Below, in pieces: positions 25,477-36,362 of a stretch of 64,000 nt of DNA (positions are counted from its first letter, which is position 1; every line of letters starts with the position of its first letter). The notes below the pieces were generated by a model that saw only the letters and a list, made by a program, of their open reading frames with translations, searched no databases and was not told where the DNA came from. Origin of the DNA: Methylococcales bacterium (GTDB lineage: Bacteria; Pseudomonadota; Gammaproteobacteria; Methylococcales; UBA1147); NCBI GenBank assembly GCA_041748915.1, contig JBGTCG010000275.1, forward strand, positions 1,551 through 65,550. The letters run 5' to 3'. The translations under genes were made by a program, and so were the position numbers.

Positions 25477-26859
25477 ATGCTCGACAGTCCAGATCAAATC
25501 ACCGACGACTCGAAAAAACACGTTAACCAAAATGTTTTGACCGAGACTAAATTTGCCAGTTTTGATCTTCCGGCGGCTGTGCTCGAAGGGCTGCAGAGCG
25601 CGAACTATATCTATTGCACGCCGATACAGAAAATGGCATTGCCCATCGCATTAAAAGGCCGGGATCTGGCCGGGCAGGCTCAAACCGGTACCGGAAAGAC
25701 GGCGACTTTCCTGGTGGCGATGTTCAAGGCGCTGATGACGAATCCGGTCAAACCAGACTCCACGCATCCGCGCGCATTGATTATCGCACCGACACGGGAA
25801 TTGGCGATACAGATCGCGAATGACGCCAGGCAACTGGGCCGATTCACCGATTTCAAGATCAGCCTGGTGTATGGCGGGACGGATTATAAGGAACAAATCG
25901 CGGACGTGAGCGACGGCGTCGATATACTGATCGGCACACCGGGCCGGCTGATTGATTTCTATAAACAAAAACTCTTCCGGCTGGACCGGATTCAGGTTAT
26001 CGTCCTCGACGAAGCGGATCGCATGTTCGATTTAGGATTTATCAAGGACATCCGATACCTGCTGAGAAGAATGCCGGAACCGAATAAACGGCAGGGTTTT
26101 CTATTCTCGGCAACCCTTTCCTATCGCGTGTTGGAACTCGCCTACGAGCACATGAACAACCCGGAGATGGTGCGGATTGAACCGGGAAGGATAACTGCCC
26201 AATCGGTTATACAATACGCGTTTTATCCCGCCAATGAACAAAAATATTCATTGCTGATCGGCCTCTTGAGGGAAAAGAACCCGAAACGGAGTCTTATTTT
26301 CGTCAACACCAAAAAAGCCGCCGAACAGGTCAAGGAGTACTTGAGCATAAATGGATTCGATCCCGGCGTGTTGTCCGGTGATGTGCCGCAGAAAAAACGC
26401 CAGAATCTGCTCAAGCAATTTCAGGTCGGGTCGCTCCCGCTCCTGATTGCCACCGACGTCGCCGCAAGAGGGCTGCACGTCTCCGACGTCACCCATGTTT
26501 TCAATTTCGACCTGCCCCAGGACGTGGAAGATTACGTGCATCGCATCGGCCGGACCGCCCGTCTCGGAAACAGCGGTGAAGCGATCAGCCTGATTTGTGA
26601 AGAATACGTTTATTCCCTGCCTGAAATCGAGGATTTTGTCGGCCAAAAACTGTCGATGCTGCCGATCACGCCAGACCTACTTCCGGAAATCGAAAAGCCG
26701 AGTAAAAAAAGATCCAGACCTCCTGCGAAGAAACGCCAGGCCTCCGAAAATAATCGTCACAATCCCAAAACCAACCAGCGCCCTCGCCGAAAAACGAGAA
26801 GCAAAAGCGCCGTAAAAACGGGTAGTCAGAACCTCGTAACCGAGATTCCGTCACAATGA
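25477..26859 (+). CDS. rhlB: ATP-dependent DEAD-box RNA helicase RhlB
   Basis: Motifs AQTGTGKT, PTRELA, DEAD, SAT and HRIGRTAR, with a basic C-terminal tail. It is collinear with my memory of E. coli RhlB and divergent from trxA. Confidence 0.9.
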   Translation: MLDSPDQITDDSKKHVNQNVLTETKFASFDLPAAVLEGLQSANYIYCTPIQKMALPIALKGRDLAGQAQTGTGKTATFLVAMFKALMTNPVKPDSTHPRALIIAPTRELAIQIANDARQLGRFTDFKISLVYGGTDYKEQIADVSDGVDILIGTPGRLIDFYKQKLFRLDRIQVIVLDEADRMFDLGFIKDIRYLLRRMPEPNKRQGFLFSATLSYRVLELAYEHMNNPEMVRIEPGRITAQSVIQYAFYPANEQKYSLLIGLLREKNPKRSLIFVNTKKAAEQVKEYLSINGFDPGVLSGDVPQKKRQNLLKQFQVGSLPLLIATDVAARGLHVSDVTHVFNFDLPQDVEDYVHRIGRTARLGNSGEAISLICEEYVYSLPEIEDFVGQKLSMLPITPDLLPEIEKPSKKRSRPPAKKRQASENNRHNPKTNQRPRRKTRSKSAVKTGSQNLVTEIPSQ

Positions 26860-27461
26860 ATAGAAACGAATCGTCGGATGAAAATCCACCTGAACGACTT
26901 TTTATGCCCGAAAAACCGATTATCCTGAAACGAACGACGCTCGCCAAAACCCGCCTGTTCCGTATTGAATCCATGCACCTGCGCTTTAGCAACGGAAACC
27001 GGCGCGAGTTCGAACGTCTCGCGAGAAGTACCCGCGGCGGAGGAGCGGTCCTGATCGTTCCCGTACTTTCAAAAACCACAGTGATCCTGATCCGGGAATA
27101 CGCGGCCGGCGTCGATCGATACGAAATCGGGCTGCCAAAAGGAAAAACCGATCCGGGTGAGGATATCCTGGAAGCCGCAAACCGGGAACTCAAGGAAGAA
27201 ATAGGCTTTGGCGCGCGGCGACTGACCCTTCTTTCGTCCATGACGATTGCCCCCAGCTATCTCGAGCACGCGACCGACATCGTGCTTGCCGAAGATCTCT
27301 ATGAAGAAAAGCTGCCGGGGGACGAACCCGAAGAATTGGAACAGATCACCTGGGATATCGACAGAATCAGCGATCTGGTCGCGAGCGGTGAATGCACCGA
27401 GGCCCGCAGCATTGCAGCGCTATACTTCAGCCGGGATTATTTGAAAGGCCGGAAATCTTGA
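26856..27461 (+). CDS. nudE: ADP compounds hydrolase NudE (Nudix)
   Basis: Nudix box GLPKGKTDPGEDILEAANRELKEEIGF. It is collinear with E. coli NudE (LFRIESMHLRFSNG..., APSY, GDEPE). Confidence 0.85.
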   Translation: MNRNESSDENPPERLFMPEKPIILKRTTLAKTRLFRIESMHLRFSNGNRREFERLARSTRGGGAVLIVPVLSKTTVILIREYAAGVDRYEIGLPKGKTDPGEDILEAANRELKEEIGFGARRLTLLSSMTIAPSYLEHATDIVLAEDLYEEKLPGDEPEELEQITWDIDRISDLVASGECTEARSIAALYFSRDYLKGRKS

Positions 27462-27469
27462 CCGTGTTC

Positions 27470-27755
27470 GCCGAAATCCGCTTGGGGATAAAATGCTTCG
27501 ATATCATCAGATCAATCGCGTTGCAATCCCAATTCGAAAGGAACCCAGGCGTTCTTAGCTACCCGGCCCACGCTTCAAATATGTCCACACCCCCATGCAC
27601 GGATTTTGCCTCAACCTGGTAGAAACCTTATTCAGCGAAACGGCCCGCACCTCCGGTACATCAGCGTGCAATCCAGGGAAGAATTACGCGACCGCATTGT
27701 AACGAGCATCGCCGAAATTAATTCCTCTTATAACCGCTATGATTTACCCTCTTGA
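27470..27755 (+). mobile_element. Relic of the C-terminal part of an IS630-family (DDE_3) transposase gene, with a stop and a frameshift
   Basis: One frame reads PRFKYVHTPMHGFCLNLVETLFSETART (the H-x-S-W-L-N-x-V-E-x-x-F-S type motif). The next frame reads LRYISVQSREELRDRIVTSIAEINSSYN. There is no N-terminal part, no intact ORF and no visible terminal inverted repeats. Confidence 0.5.
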
Positions 27756-27777
27756 AGGTGCGGAACCCGCCTTGAAA

Positions 27778-29127
27778 ATGACCGAATACAGAACCGCTCC
27801 GCTGGCTTCTTCGAAAATGCCAGCCGGAATTCCCAACATTATCGCCAATGAAGCAGCCGAACGCTTTAGTTATTACGGAATGCGGGCGATTTTGGTGGTC
27901 TTCATGACGCAATATATGATGGATTCATCGGGCCGGCCCGATGCCATGAGCGAAGACGAAGCGAAGGGGTATTTTCATTTGTTCGTATCGGCGGTCTATA
28001 TCACGCCTATGCTGGGCGCTATTCTGGCCGACGGGATCTGGGGCAAATTCCGGACCATCATTACCCTGTCGCTGGTTTACTGTCTGGGGCACCTCGCGCT
28101 CGCGGTTGACGATACGCGGCTTGGACTGATGATCGGACAGGGGTTGATCGCACTCGGCGCGGGGGGCATCAAACCCTGTGTATCGGCGCATGTCGGGGAC
28201 CAGTTCGGCAGGACCAATCAGCACCTATTGACGCCGGTGTTCGGCTGGTTCTATTTTGCAATCAATCTGGGCGCGTTTGCGTCGATGCTGATCACACCGT
28301 GGCTGCTGAGCCAATTCGGCGCAAATGTCGCATTTGCGTTGCCGGGCATTCTGATGTTGACCGCGACCTGGGTATTCTGGACGGGTCGTCACAAATTCGT
28401 GCACATTCCTGCGGGCGGAATCGATTTCGTGCGCGAAACATTGAGTCAGACCGGCCTGGCCGCGGTCGGCAAGTTGTCCGTAATTTATCTGTTCGTAGCC
28501 ATGTTCTGGGCGCTATTCGATCAGACCGGTTCGTCCTGGGTGCTTCAGGCGCAGAAAATGGACCGTGAACTGTTCGGCGTCGAAATCCTGCCGTCACAAA
28601 TCCAGGCGGCCAATCCGTTGCTGATCATGTTGCTGATCCCGCTGTTTGCCGCGTATTTTTATCCCGGGCTCGGACGGCTGATCCGGCTGACCGCGCTGCG
28701 CAAAATTGCGGTTGGAATGGTTGTGACCTGTTGCGCGTTTGCACTGTCGAGCTGGATTCAGATGAGAATCGATGCGGGCTTTTCACCGAGCATCGTCTGG
28801 CAGCTGGTCGCGTACGTATTGTTGACCGCGGCCGAAGTGATGGTATCGGTGACCTGCCTGGAATTCTCGTATACCCAGGCGCCACGCAGAATGAAGTCGT
28901 TTATTATGGCGTTTTTTATGATGTCGGTAGCGGTCGGTAATCTGTTCACCAGCGCGGTGAATTTTTTCATTCAGAACGAGGACGGCAGCAGCAAGCTCGC
29001 GGGCGCCTCCTATTTCTGGTTTTTCACGCTGTTGATGCTGTTCACGTCGGTGTTGTTCCTGTTCACGGTCGGGCGCTACCGAGAAGTCGTGTACGTCCAG
29101 GATGAACAGCCAACCGCGGGCGACTGA
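27778..29127 (+). CDS. POT/PTR2-family proton-dependent oligopeptide transporter
   Basis: ERFSYYGMRAILVVFM and GGIKPCVSAHVGDQF motifs, about 12 TM segments. The start was chosen at ATG 27778, downstream of the IS relic. Confidence 0.85.
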   Translation: MTEYRTAPLASSKMPAGIPNIIANEAAERFSYYGMRAILVVFMTQYMMDSSGRPDAMSEDEAKGYFHLFVSAVYITPMLGAILADGIWGKFRTIITLSLVYCLGHLALAVDDTRLGLMIGQGLIALGAGGIKPCVSAHVGDQFGRTNQHLLTPVFGWFYFAINLGAFASMLITPWLLSQFGANVAFALPGILMLTATWVFWTGRHKFVHIPAGGIDFVRETLSQTGLAAVGKLSVIYLFVAMFWALFDQTGSSWVLQAQKMDRELFGVEILPSQIQAANPLLIMLLIPLFAAYFYPGLGRLIRLTALRKIAVGMVVTCCAFALSSWIQMRIDAGFSPSIVWQLVAYVLLTAAEVMVSVTCLEFSYTQAPRRMKSFIMAFFMMSVAVGNLFTSAVNFFIQNEDGSSKLAGASYFWFFTLLMLFTSVLFLFTVGRYREVVYVQDEQPTAGD

Positions 29128-29136
29128 GCCATTTCC

Positions 29137-30318
29137 TTGAAACCGATGCCTGAAGCGTGCAGCCGGCGGATTCACTCCGTTCAATGCCCAATTATCCCGG
29201 CGATCGCGGAAAAAATCAGGAAGACGCCCGGCGCCATTTCCCTGGGTCAAGGAGTTGTATATTACGATCCCCCGGACCAGGCGCTGAATCGGATGAATGA
29301 GTTTCTGCAGAACCCCGATCATCATAAATACGGTTCGGTTCAGGGTATGCCGAAGTTACGGGATGCCATCGCGGAAAAGGTGCGCGGTGAGAACCGGATC
29401 AATCTCGACGGCTCTGAAATCGTGGTCACAGCCGGCTCTAACATGGGATTTTATTACGCTGTGCTCGCGATCAGTGATCCCGGTGATGAGTTGATCATCG
29501 CCGATCCTTATTATTTTAATCATGAGATGGCGATTACAATGGCCGGATGCCGGCCGGTCTCGGTTCCTGTCGACCGGAATTATCATTTGCAGACGGAGCG
29601 GATAGCCGCCGCGATCACCACTCGGACGCGCGCAATCGTCACCATTTCGCCAAATAATCCAACCGGCGCGGTGTATTCGGAGGCAAGTTTGCGGGCTGTT
29701 AACGATTTATGCCGGAATAACGGCATTTATCATATCAGCGACGAGGCGTATGAATACTTTGTTTACGGAAAGAACCGTCATTTTTCCCCCGCGTCAATTG
29801 TTGGCGCATCGCCCCATACGCTTTCGTTGTTTTCGTTGTCGAAAGCCTATGGATTCGCAAGTTGGCGCATCGGCTATATGGTGATTCCCGCGGGGCTTCT
29901 CGAAGCGCTTTTAAAGATTCAGGACACGATTTTGATTTGCCCGCCATTAATTTCGCAGTTCGCGGCGCTGGGTGCGTTAGAGGCCGGGCATGATTATTTC
30001 CTGTCGAGATTCGAACGAATCCGGACGATGCGGACGGAACTTCTGCGCCGGTTGAGCGATCTTTCCGAACTTGTCGAGCCGCCGGTTTCCGAAGGCGCGT
30101 TTTATATCTTGCTCAAAGTTCGTTCATGCATCGATGATCTAACTTTGGTGGATCGATTGATTCAGGGCTTTAAGGTGGCCGCGATTCCGGGATCCGCGTT
30201 TGGAATCCGGAACGGCTGTTATCTTCGGGTGGCCTACGGAATGCTCGACGAACAGAGTGCGGAAGTCGGCGCCAGACGACTGGTGGAAGGGATTCGGGAA
30301 TTGCTTTCAGCCGTATGA
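29137..30318 (+). CDS. Pyridoxal-phosphate-dependent aminotransferase (class I/II)
   Basis: 393 aa. SPNNPTG and the PLP-lysine motif SLSKAYGFASWRIGY. Confidence 0.8.
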   Translation: MKPMPEACSRRIHSVQCPIIPAIAEKIRKTPGAISLGQGVVYYDPPDQALNRMNEFLQNPDHHKYGSVQGMPKLRDAIAEKVRGENRINLDGSEIVVTAGSNMGFYYAVLAISDPGDELIIADPYYFNHEMAITMAGCRPVSVPVDRNYHLQTERIAAAITTRTRAIVTISPNNPTGAVYSEASLRAVNDLCRNNGIYHISDEAYEYFVYGKNRHFSPASIVGASPHTLSLFSLSKAYGFASWRIGYMVIPAGLLEALLKIQDTILICPPLISQFAALGALEAGHDYFLSRFERIRTMRTELLRRLSDLSELVEPPVSEGAFYILLKVRSCIDDLTLVDRLIQGFKVAAIPGSAFGIRNGCYLRVAYGMLDEQSAEVGARRLVEGIRELLSAV

Positions 30319-30347
30319 TTCATGAATAATGGATTCCAGCTAGAGAG

Positions 30348-30427
30348 GCTCTGGTTAAATCAAAGATTCCCTGTAGGCGGGGATGCTCTGCCAAATCTAC
30401 GCTTTCAGCGTCTGATTTTGGAAGGCA
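30348..30427 (+). repeat. Intergenic repeat module A, full-length copy
   Basis: GCTCTGGTTAAATCAAAGATTCCCTGTAGGCGGGGATGCTCTGCCAAATCTACGCTTTCAGCGTCTGATTTTGGAAGGCA, just downstream of the aminotransferase stop. Confidence 0.8.
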
Positions 30428-30502
30428 ACGCCGCCCTAGCAAAAGGTCCGGCGGGAAAATGTGGAAAATCTAAACGCAATCCAAGCGATTTACGGTAATC
30501 GA

Positions 30503-31108
30503 ATGAAAAAAATAAAACAGTTTTTAAACTATATCCTGATCGGAGTGCTGACGATCATTCCGGTGGCGATCGTCCTGCAAGTGGTGCTCTTTTTCAAAAA
30601 TATTGTGATCCGGCTTTTCTTCGGGGTGTACGGGTATTACGAAAGTTACCTGATCACGATACTGGCGTTTGCGCTGACTTTTGGTTTCTTCTGGTTCGTC
30701 GGATATGAGACCAAAAATCATAAATCCCATCTGATTCGCGCGGTCGACTATGTGATTGAACGAATCCCGCTGCTCAATTCGATTTATCGGGTCTCCAAAA
30801 AGTTGTTGAGCATGATTCGTTTCGAGGGCGAAGAAGGCGATCAAAGGGAAGTGGTTTACATCGAATATCCGAAGGCGGGATTATGGGTGCCGGCGTATAT
30901 GACGAACCGGCAAGGTGATATGTTCGTACTCTATGTGCCGACCTCGCCGAATCCGACTTCAGGCTTTACGGTGATCGTTCACAAATCCAAGATCATTCGT
31001 TCAGCGATGAGTCTCGAAGAAGCCACCAGCTTCGTTGTGAGTATCGGCGTCGACTTTGATAAGAGTGAAGAGGTTCATACACTTCCTGCCCGTATCGGAG
31101 AACCATAA
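30503..31108 (+). CDS. DUF502-family membrane protein
   Basis: Two N-terminal TM helices and the motif PTSPNPTSGFTVIV, which I recall as typical of DUF502. The start is uncertain (30461 or 30503). Confidence 0.65.
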   Translation: MKKIKQFLNYILIGVLTIIPVAIVLQVVLFFKNIVIRLFFGVYGYYESYLITILAFALTFGFFWFVGYETKNHKSHLIRAVDYVIERIPLLNSIYRVSKKLLSMIRFEGEEGDQREVVYIEYPKAGLWVPAYMTNRQGDMFVLYVPTSPNPTSGFTVIVHKSKIIRSAMSLEEATSFVVSIGVDFDKSEEVHTLPARIGEP

Positions 31109-31112
31109 TTCT

Positions 31113-32168
31113 CTAAACCGAGTAACCGTTGGGATTCAGGCATTGCCAGCGCCAGATGTCGGCTACCATTTCATCGAGATTTTTTTCCGTTTTCCATCCA
31201 AGTTCTTTCCGTGCCAAGGAAGGATTTGCATAAAACGCCGCGATGTCACCCTCACGGCGAGGCGCAAATCTGAAACTGATTTTTTTGCCCGTGACTCTTT
31301 CAAAGGTATTAATGACATCGAGCACACTGTAGCCATGTCCTGATCCCAGGTTATAGGGAAGGCAGTTGCCAGGCTCGAAGCGGTCGCCGTCCAGGGCTTC
31401 CAGGGCCTTTATATGGCCCTTGACCAGATCCACCACATGAATGTAGTCGCGTACGCCGGTCCCGTCGTGGGTCGGATAATCATTGCCGAACACCGACAAC
31501 TGCGGCAGCTTGCCGATCGCAACCTGGGCGACATAAGGCATCAGATTGTTGGGTATGCCGTTTGGATCTTCTCCGATCAGACCGCTTGCATGGGCTCCGA
31601 TCGGATTGAAATAGCGTAATAAAGCGATTTTCCAGGGATTCTTTGCCCGCTGTAGCCGATCCGCCGCCGCTAAATCCTGCAAGATTTCTTCAATCATGCC
31701 TTTGGATTTGCCATACGGGCTGGTGGCGCCATAAACCGGCAGGTCTTCCGTATATTCTATGGTCCCCGGCTCACCATAGACTGTTGCCGAAGAACTGAAG
31801 ACCAGTTTTTTTACATTCGCGGCCGTCATGACCTCGGTCAGTATCAATGAGCCGTAGATATTGTTCTGGTAGTAATGCAACGGCAACCGGCAGGATTCGC
31901 CAACGGCTTTTAATCCGGCAAAATGGATCACGGCTTCTATGGGGTGACGGTTAAATACATCGGTTAATGCCGTTTTGTCCCTGATATCGAACGGATAAAA
32001 CGCGACCGGTTTGCCGGTAATCTGTTCGATGCGAACAATGGATTCGGTCTTGCTGTTGGATAGATTGTCGACTACGACCACGTCATAACCGGCGTGCAGC
32101 AATTCCACACAGGCATGACTGCCGATAAAACCGGCTCCGCCCGTAACCAGGAGTGCTTTGTTTCTCAT
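31113..32168 (-). CDS. galE: UDP-glucose 4-epimerase
   Basis: 351 aa. TGGAGFIGSH, the YGKSK catalytic motif and a GalE-type C-terminus. It is convergent with the DUF502 gene, only 4 bp apart. Confidence 0.9.
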   Translation of the reverse strand: MRNKALLVTGGAGFIGSHACVELLHAGYDVVVVDNLSNSKTESIVRIEQITGKPVAFYPFDIRDKTALTDVFNRHPIEAVIHFAGLKAVGESCRLPLHYYQNNIYGSLILTEVMTAANVKKLVFSSSATVYGEPGTIEYTEDLPVYGATSPYGKSKGMIEEILQDLAAADRLQRAKNPWKIALLRYFNPIGAHASGLIGEDPNGIPNNLMPYVAQVAIGKLPQLSVFGNDYPTHDGTGVRDYIHVVDLVKGHIKALEALDGDRFEPGNCLPYNLGSGHGYSVLDVINTFERVTGKKISFRFAPRREGDIAAFYANPSLARKELGWKTEKNLDEMVADIWRWQCLNPNGYSV

Positions 32169-32282
32169 GATTATACTGATTCCTTATGTGTGAATGGTTA
32201 TTGCGTTCGCGGACACTGGAATTCAGTCTAGTACCGCGACGAAGTTAATTCCAGTCGGAAAAGTTTCCGGTTTTGGGCATGT

Positions 32283-33539
32283 TCAATTGAAATGGAAAGC
32301 GGGGTCGATCAACTCGACTTCGACCGGTTTCCCGGCCGTCACGCCGTCGCACTCGGCCGGCAATACGATAAAGCAGTTACACCGGGACACCGCGCTCAGA
32401 TGATGAGACTGCTGTTTGCCAGCGGGAGTCACCTGGGCATTTCCGCGCTCATCGAAAAACAGGTTGCCGCGCTGAAATTCCTGCCGGCCCGGCGTCTTGA
32501 CAATTTCTGAATGGCAGCAAGCCTGCATTCGATGGGTTTTGGTTGGAGCCCCCATCAAGCGCAGGAGCGCCGGCCGAACAACCTGATAGAAGGTTACAAA
32601 GACGGAAACCGGATTGCCGGGAAGACCGAAAAAGTATGCGGGTCCGATTTGGCCGAACGCCAGGGGTTTGCCTGGTTTCATTGCAATTTTCCAAAACTCG
32701 ATCCGGCCTATGGCGGCCAGGGCCTGTTTGACGAGATCCGCGTCACCGACGGATACCCCGCCCGAAGTGATGACCACATCCGAAATCGATGAGGCTTCCA
32801 CTAACGTATCGAGAATCGCATCGTGATCATCGCGAATAACGCCCAAGTCCAATGGTTCTATCCCGAGAGTTTTCAGCATTCCGTACAACGTATACCGGTT
32901 GCTGTCATAAATCTTTCCGGATTCGATCGGCTGGTTTAACGAGACCAATTCATCGCCCGTCGAAAAAAAAGCGATCCGCGGTATTCTTCGTACCCGAATT
33001 TCGTTGCAACCGAGAGAGGCGAGAATACCGATGTCGGCAGGCGAAAGCCTTTTACCATTTTCCAGAACCCGTTGGCCCCGACGGAATTCGTCTCCGGGTA
33101 TTCTGATATTGTCTTTGCGTCGGGTAACCGGGGGAACCTCAATGCTGTCACCGCTCCGGCGGACATTTTCCTGAATAACGACCGAGTCGGTATTCGATGG
33201 CAGGACTGCCCCTGTGAAGATACGAACGCATTCTCCATTTTTCACCGGTCCCAGGTACGGCCGGCCGGCCCAGGACGTTCCAGCGATTCTGAAATGAGAG
33301 CCGCCGCGAGTCTCCAATTCCGCACTGTTAAATGCATAGCCGTCCATGGACGAATGGGCTTCCGGCGGGAGATCGAACGGCGCATCGATGTTCTCGAAGA
33401 GGACTCTGCCGAGACCATCCTTGAGAATAATTTGTTCATAACCATTTAGCGGGGCTATACGGGAATCCACGATTTCCCGGGCTTGTTCCAGTCCGAGCAT
33501 TGGTTCCCGGGATTTCAGCGCACCGTCTTCAGCCCGCAT
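32283..33539 (-). CDS. moeA: Molybdopterin molybdotransferase MoeA
   Basis: 418 aa with the MoeA N, MoCF-biosynthesis and MoeA C layout (SGGVSVGDAD, PGNPVS). Confidence 0.9.
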   Translation of the reverse strand: MRAEDGALKSREPMLGLEQAREIVDSRIAPLNGYEQIILKDGLGRVLFENIDAPFDLPPEAHSSMDGYAFNSAELETRGGSHFRIAGTSWAGRPYLGPVKNGECVRIFTGAVLPSNTDSVVIQENVRRSGDSIEVPPVTRRKDNIRIPGDEFRRGQRVLENGKRLSPADIGILASLGCNEIRVRRIPRIAFFSTGDELVSLNQPIESGKIYDSNRYTLYGMLKTLGIEPLDLGVIRDDHDAILDTLVEASSISDVVITSGGVSVGDADLVKQALAAIGRIEFWKIAMKPGKPLAFGQIGPAYFFGLPGNPVSVFVTFYQVVRPALLRLMGAPTKTHRMQACCHSEIVKTPGRQEFQRGNLFFDERGNAQVTPAGKQQSHHLSAVSRCNCFIVLPAECDGVTAGKPVEVELIDPAFHFN

Positions 33540-34047
33540 ATTGGCCGATAAAATGATTCAGAATGAAATTGGCGATCTGCTCCGGCCGGTTAATGTCGAG
33601 AACCGGGATGTTCCGTTGCGCCGGCAACGGCGAATCGGTTGCGACTGCGATGATCGAGTCGTCAGCCGGATAGAGCAGGGGTTTTCCCAGGCTCGGACGG
33701 TGCAGTTCTATTTTCGGAAACCGCTCCCGTTTAAAGCCTTCGACCAGGACCAGATCGAGATTGGACTGGTCCAGATGTCTTAGCTGTTCGGACAAACGCG
33801 GTTCGCTCGGATTTTCATGTTCGGTGATCACGGCGCGGCGAAATTTGGAACTTAACATGACCGGGCTCGCGCCCGCTTCGCGCAGCCGATAGCTGTCCTT
33901 GCCGGGGTGGTCGATATCAAAACTGTGGTGGCTGTGTTTGATCAGGCCGATCCGGAGTCCACGGCATTTTAGAAGAGGTATCAACTGGATCAGCAAAGTC
34001 GTTTTCCCGGTACCGCTGAATGCGGCGATTCCTAAAACCGGGACCAT
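33529..34047 (-). CDS. mobB: Molybdopterin-guanine dinucleotide biosynthesis adapter MobB
   Basis: P-loop GIAAFSGTGKTTL and KHSHHSFDIDHPGKDS. The start was chosen at ATG 34047. It overlaps moeA by 11 nt. Confidence 0.85.
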   Translation of the reverse strand: MVPVLGIAAFSGTGKTTLLIQLIPLLKCRGLRIGLIKHSHHSFDIDHPGKDSYRLREAGASPVMLSSKFRRAVITEHENPSEPRLSEQLRHLDQSNLDLVLVEGFKRERFPKIELHRPSLGKPLLYPADDSIIAVATDSPLPAQRNIPVLDINRPEQIANFILNHFIGQYAG

Positions 34048-34058
34048 CGATTCAATCA

Positions 34059-35066
34059 TCAGCAATCGTAATATTGCCGATACCAAGCGACAAAACGTTC
34101 CACACCAGTCTCAATGGGTGTGCACGGTTTGTATCCGGTATCGGCAATGAGGTCCGAGACATCAGCATAGGTTGCGGGCACGTCGCCGTCCTGCATCGGC
34201 AAAAAGTTCTTTAGCGCTTTTCTCCCGAGGGCGCCTTCAAGCACGTGAATAAAGTACATCAAATCAACCGGGTTATTATTGCCGATATTATACAGGCGGT
34301 ACGGCGCTTTGCTCGATCCGGGATCAGGCCGGTCGCTGTCCCATACCGGATTGGGGGTGACGACGCGGTCGAGCACCCGAACCACTCCCTCAACGATATC
34401 ATCAATATACGTAAAATCCCGGCGCAAATTACCGTGGTTGAATACATTGATCGGTTGATTGGCAAGAATGGCTTTGGTAAAAATAAACAAAGCCATGTCC
34501 GGACGTCCCCAAGGACCATAAACGGTAAAGAAGCGTAAACCGGTGGTCGGAATTCCATACAAATGGCTATAGGAATGAGCCATGAGTTCATTCGCCTTTT
34601 TGGTGGCCGCATAAAGGCTGACCGGGTGGTCGACGTTATCATGAATCGAAAAAGGCATGGAAGTATTTGCCCCGTATACCGAACTGCTGGAGGCAAAGAC
34701 CAGGTGCTCGACCCGATGATTCCGGCAAGCTTCGAGGATATTACCGAATCCAACCAGGTTTGAATTGATATACGCGCGCGGATTTTCGAGGGAATATCGA
34801 ACTCCGGCCTGAGCGGCCAGATTGACCACGCGGTCGGGTTGAAACCATTCAAAGGTCGAATCGACCAGTCTCTTGTCTTCCAGATTCCCGAAAACCTCGG
34901 TAAAGCGGCCGTGCCCAATGATCCTGTTCAGGCGTTCTTTTTTCAATGAAACGTCGTAATAGTCGTTGATATTGTCGATTCCGACGATTTCGTCACCACG
35001 ATTCAACAGAGATTCCGCGACCGCAGATCCGATAAAACCGGCTGTTCCCGTAATCAGAATTTTCAT
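34059..35066 (-). CDS. NAD-dependent nucleotide-sugar epimerase (UDP-glucuronate / UDP-GlcNAcA 4-epimerase-like)
   Basis: [14 protein letters not shown] Rossmann start, the YAATKKANE catalytic motif and [12 protein letters not shown], typical of this epimerase subfamily. Confidence 0.8.
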   Translation of the reverse strand: MKILITGTAGFIGSAVAESLLNRGDEIVGIDNINDYYDVSLKKERLNRIIGHGRFTEVFGNLEDKRLVDSTFEWFQPDRVVNLAAQAGVRYSLENPRAYINSNLVGFGNILEACRNHRVEHLVFASSSSVYGANTSMPFSIHDNVDHPVSLYAATKKANELMAHSYSHLYGIPTTGLRFFTVYGPWGRPDMALFIFTKAILANQPINVFNHGNLRRDFTYIDDIVEGVVRVLDRVVTPNPVWDSDRPDPGSSKAPYRLYNIGNNNPVDLMYFIHVLEGALGRKALKNFLPMQDGDVPATYADVSDLIADTGYKPCTPIETGVERFVAWYRQYYDC

Positions 35067-35084
35067 CGCGATGGGTTTCCGGAC

Positions 35085-36362
35085 TTATAACGCGGCATCC
35101 ACCTGATCCGCGGGTAAAATGTATTTGACGTCGAAAAGAACACAATCAGGCTTTCCGAGGGCGCGGATTTTGCTTGCTCCCATCTCTTTAAATTGCCGAT
35201 GTGCGACGGCGACAATAATTGCGTCATAGCGGCCTTTTTGCAGTGTATGGACCAGACCAATGTTCAATTCCTTCCGGGCGTCGTCCGGATCCGCCCAAGG
35301 ATCGTAAACCTCGGCGGTTATATTGTAGCTACGTAATTCCTCAATGATATCAATCACCCGCGTGTTGCGGGTATCCGGACAGTTTTCCTTGAATGTCAGT
35401 CCCATGATCAGGACTTGGGCCTGAGAGACCTGGATGCGTTTCTTGGCCATCAGTTTAATGACGCGTTCAACGACATAGGCCCCCATTTGATCATTAATCC
35501 GCCTGCCCGCGAGAATGATCTCCGGATGATGCCCTACTTCCTGGGCTTTATGAGTCAAATAGTAAGGGTCCACTCCAATACAGTGACCACCGACCAGACC
35601 AGGCCGGAATGGCAGAAAATTCCATTTACTACCAGCAGCCTCGAGGATCTCGAACGTGTTCAAGCCAAGATTATTGAACAGCATGGCCAGTTCGTTGATC
35701 AAAGCGATATTGACATCCCGCTGGGTGTTTTCGATCACCTTGGCCGCTTCGGCAATTCGGATGCTGCTGGTTTTATGGGTTCCAGCCTTGATAACGGTCG
35801 CATACAACCAGTCGACAAATTGGGCGGCCTCCGGCGTGGAGCCCGAAGTGATCTTCTTAACCGACGCAACGCCGTGTTCCCTGTCACCGGGATTGACGCG
35901 TTCGGGGCTGTATCCGGCGAAAAAATCCAGATTGAAGGTCAGACCGGATTCCGCTTCCAGGATCGGAACGCAGATTTCTTCGGTCGCTCCGGGATAGACC
36001 GTGGACTCGTAAATAACGACATCCTTCGGCGCCAAAATTTTTCCGACCATGGCGCTTGCGTTAACCAGTGGATTAAGATCCGGACGCTTGTTCTGATCGA
36101 TCGGGGTCGGCACCGTAATGATATAGACAGTACAATCTCTGAGATCCTCTGGATCCGACGTGAACCGGAGATGCTCGGCGCCGGTAAGTCGCGCCGGATC
36201 GACTTCCAATGACTTATCGATCCCATTTTGCAAATCACCAATACGCTGAATATTGACATCCAGGCCGATCGTGTCGAAATGGTCGGCAAATTCCACGGCA
36301 ATCGACAGGCCGACATAGCCCAGGCCGATTACACCGATTCTGCATTCAGCAAGTGAACGCAT
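35085..36362 (-). CDS. Nucleotide-sugar dehydrogenase (UDP-glucose/GDP-mannose dehydrogenase family, TviB/WbpO-like)
   Basis: 425 aa. GLGYVGL Rossmann motif, catalytic-Cys region [11 protein letters not shown]. It is paired with the downstream epimerase, as in TviB/TviC-type pairs. Confidence 0.85.
   Translation of the reverse strand: MRSLAECRIGVIGLGYVGLSIAVEFADHFDTIGLDVNIQRIGDLQNGIDKSLEVDPARLTGAEHLRFTSDPEDLRDCTVYIITVPTPIDQNKRPDLNPLVNASAMVGKILAPKDVVIYESTVYPGATEEICVPILEAESGLTFNLDFFAGYSPERVNPGDREHGVASVKKITSGSTPEAAQFVDWLYATVIKAGTHKTSSIRIAEAAKVIENTQRDVNIALINELAMLFNNLGLNTFEILEAAGSKWNFLPFRPGLVGGHCIGVDPYYLTHKAQEVGHHPEIILAGRRINDQMGAYVVERVIKLMAKKRIQVSQAQVLIMGLTFKENCPDTRNTRVIDIIEELRSYNITAEVYDPWADPDDARKELNIGLVHTLQKGRYDAIIVAVAHRQFKEMGASKIRALGKPDCVLFDVKYILPADQVDAAL

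Noticed and set aside
27628-27637. A 10-nt identity (TTATTCAGCG) between repeat module B (inverted) and the IS630 relic, hinting that module B derives from the transposase 3' end (DLFSVS versus TLFSET).
   Set aside because: Similarity stops abruptly on both sides. A single 10-mer match has a roughly 10% chance expectation in 128 kb of two-strand sequence.
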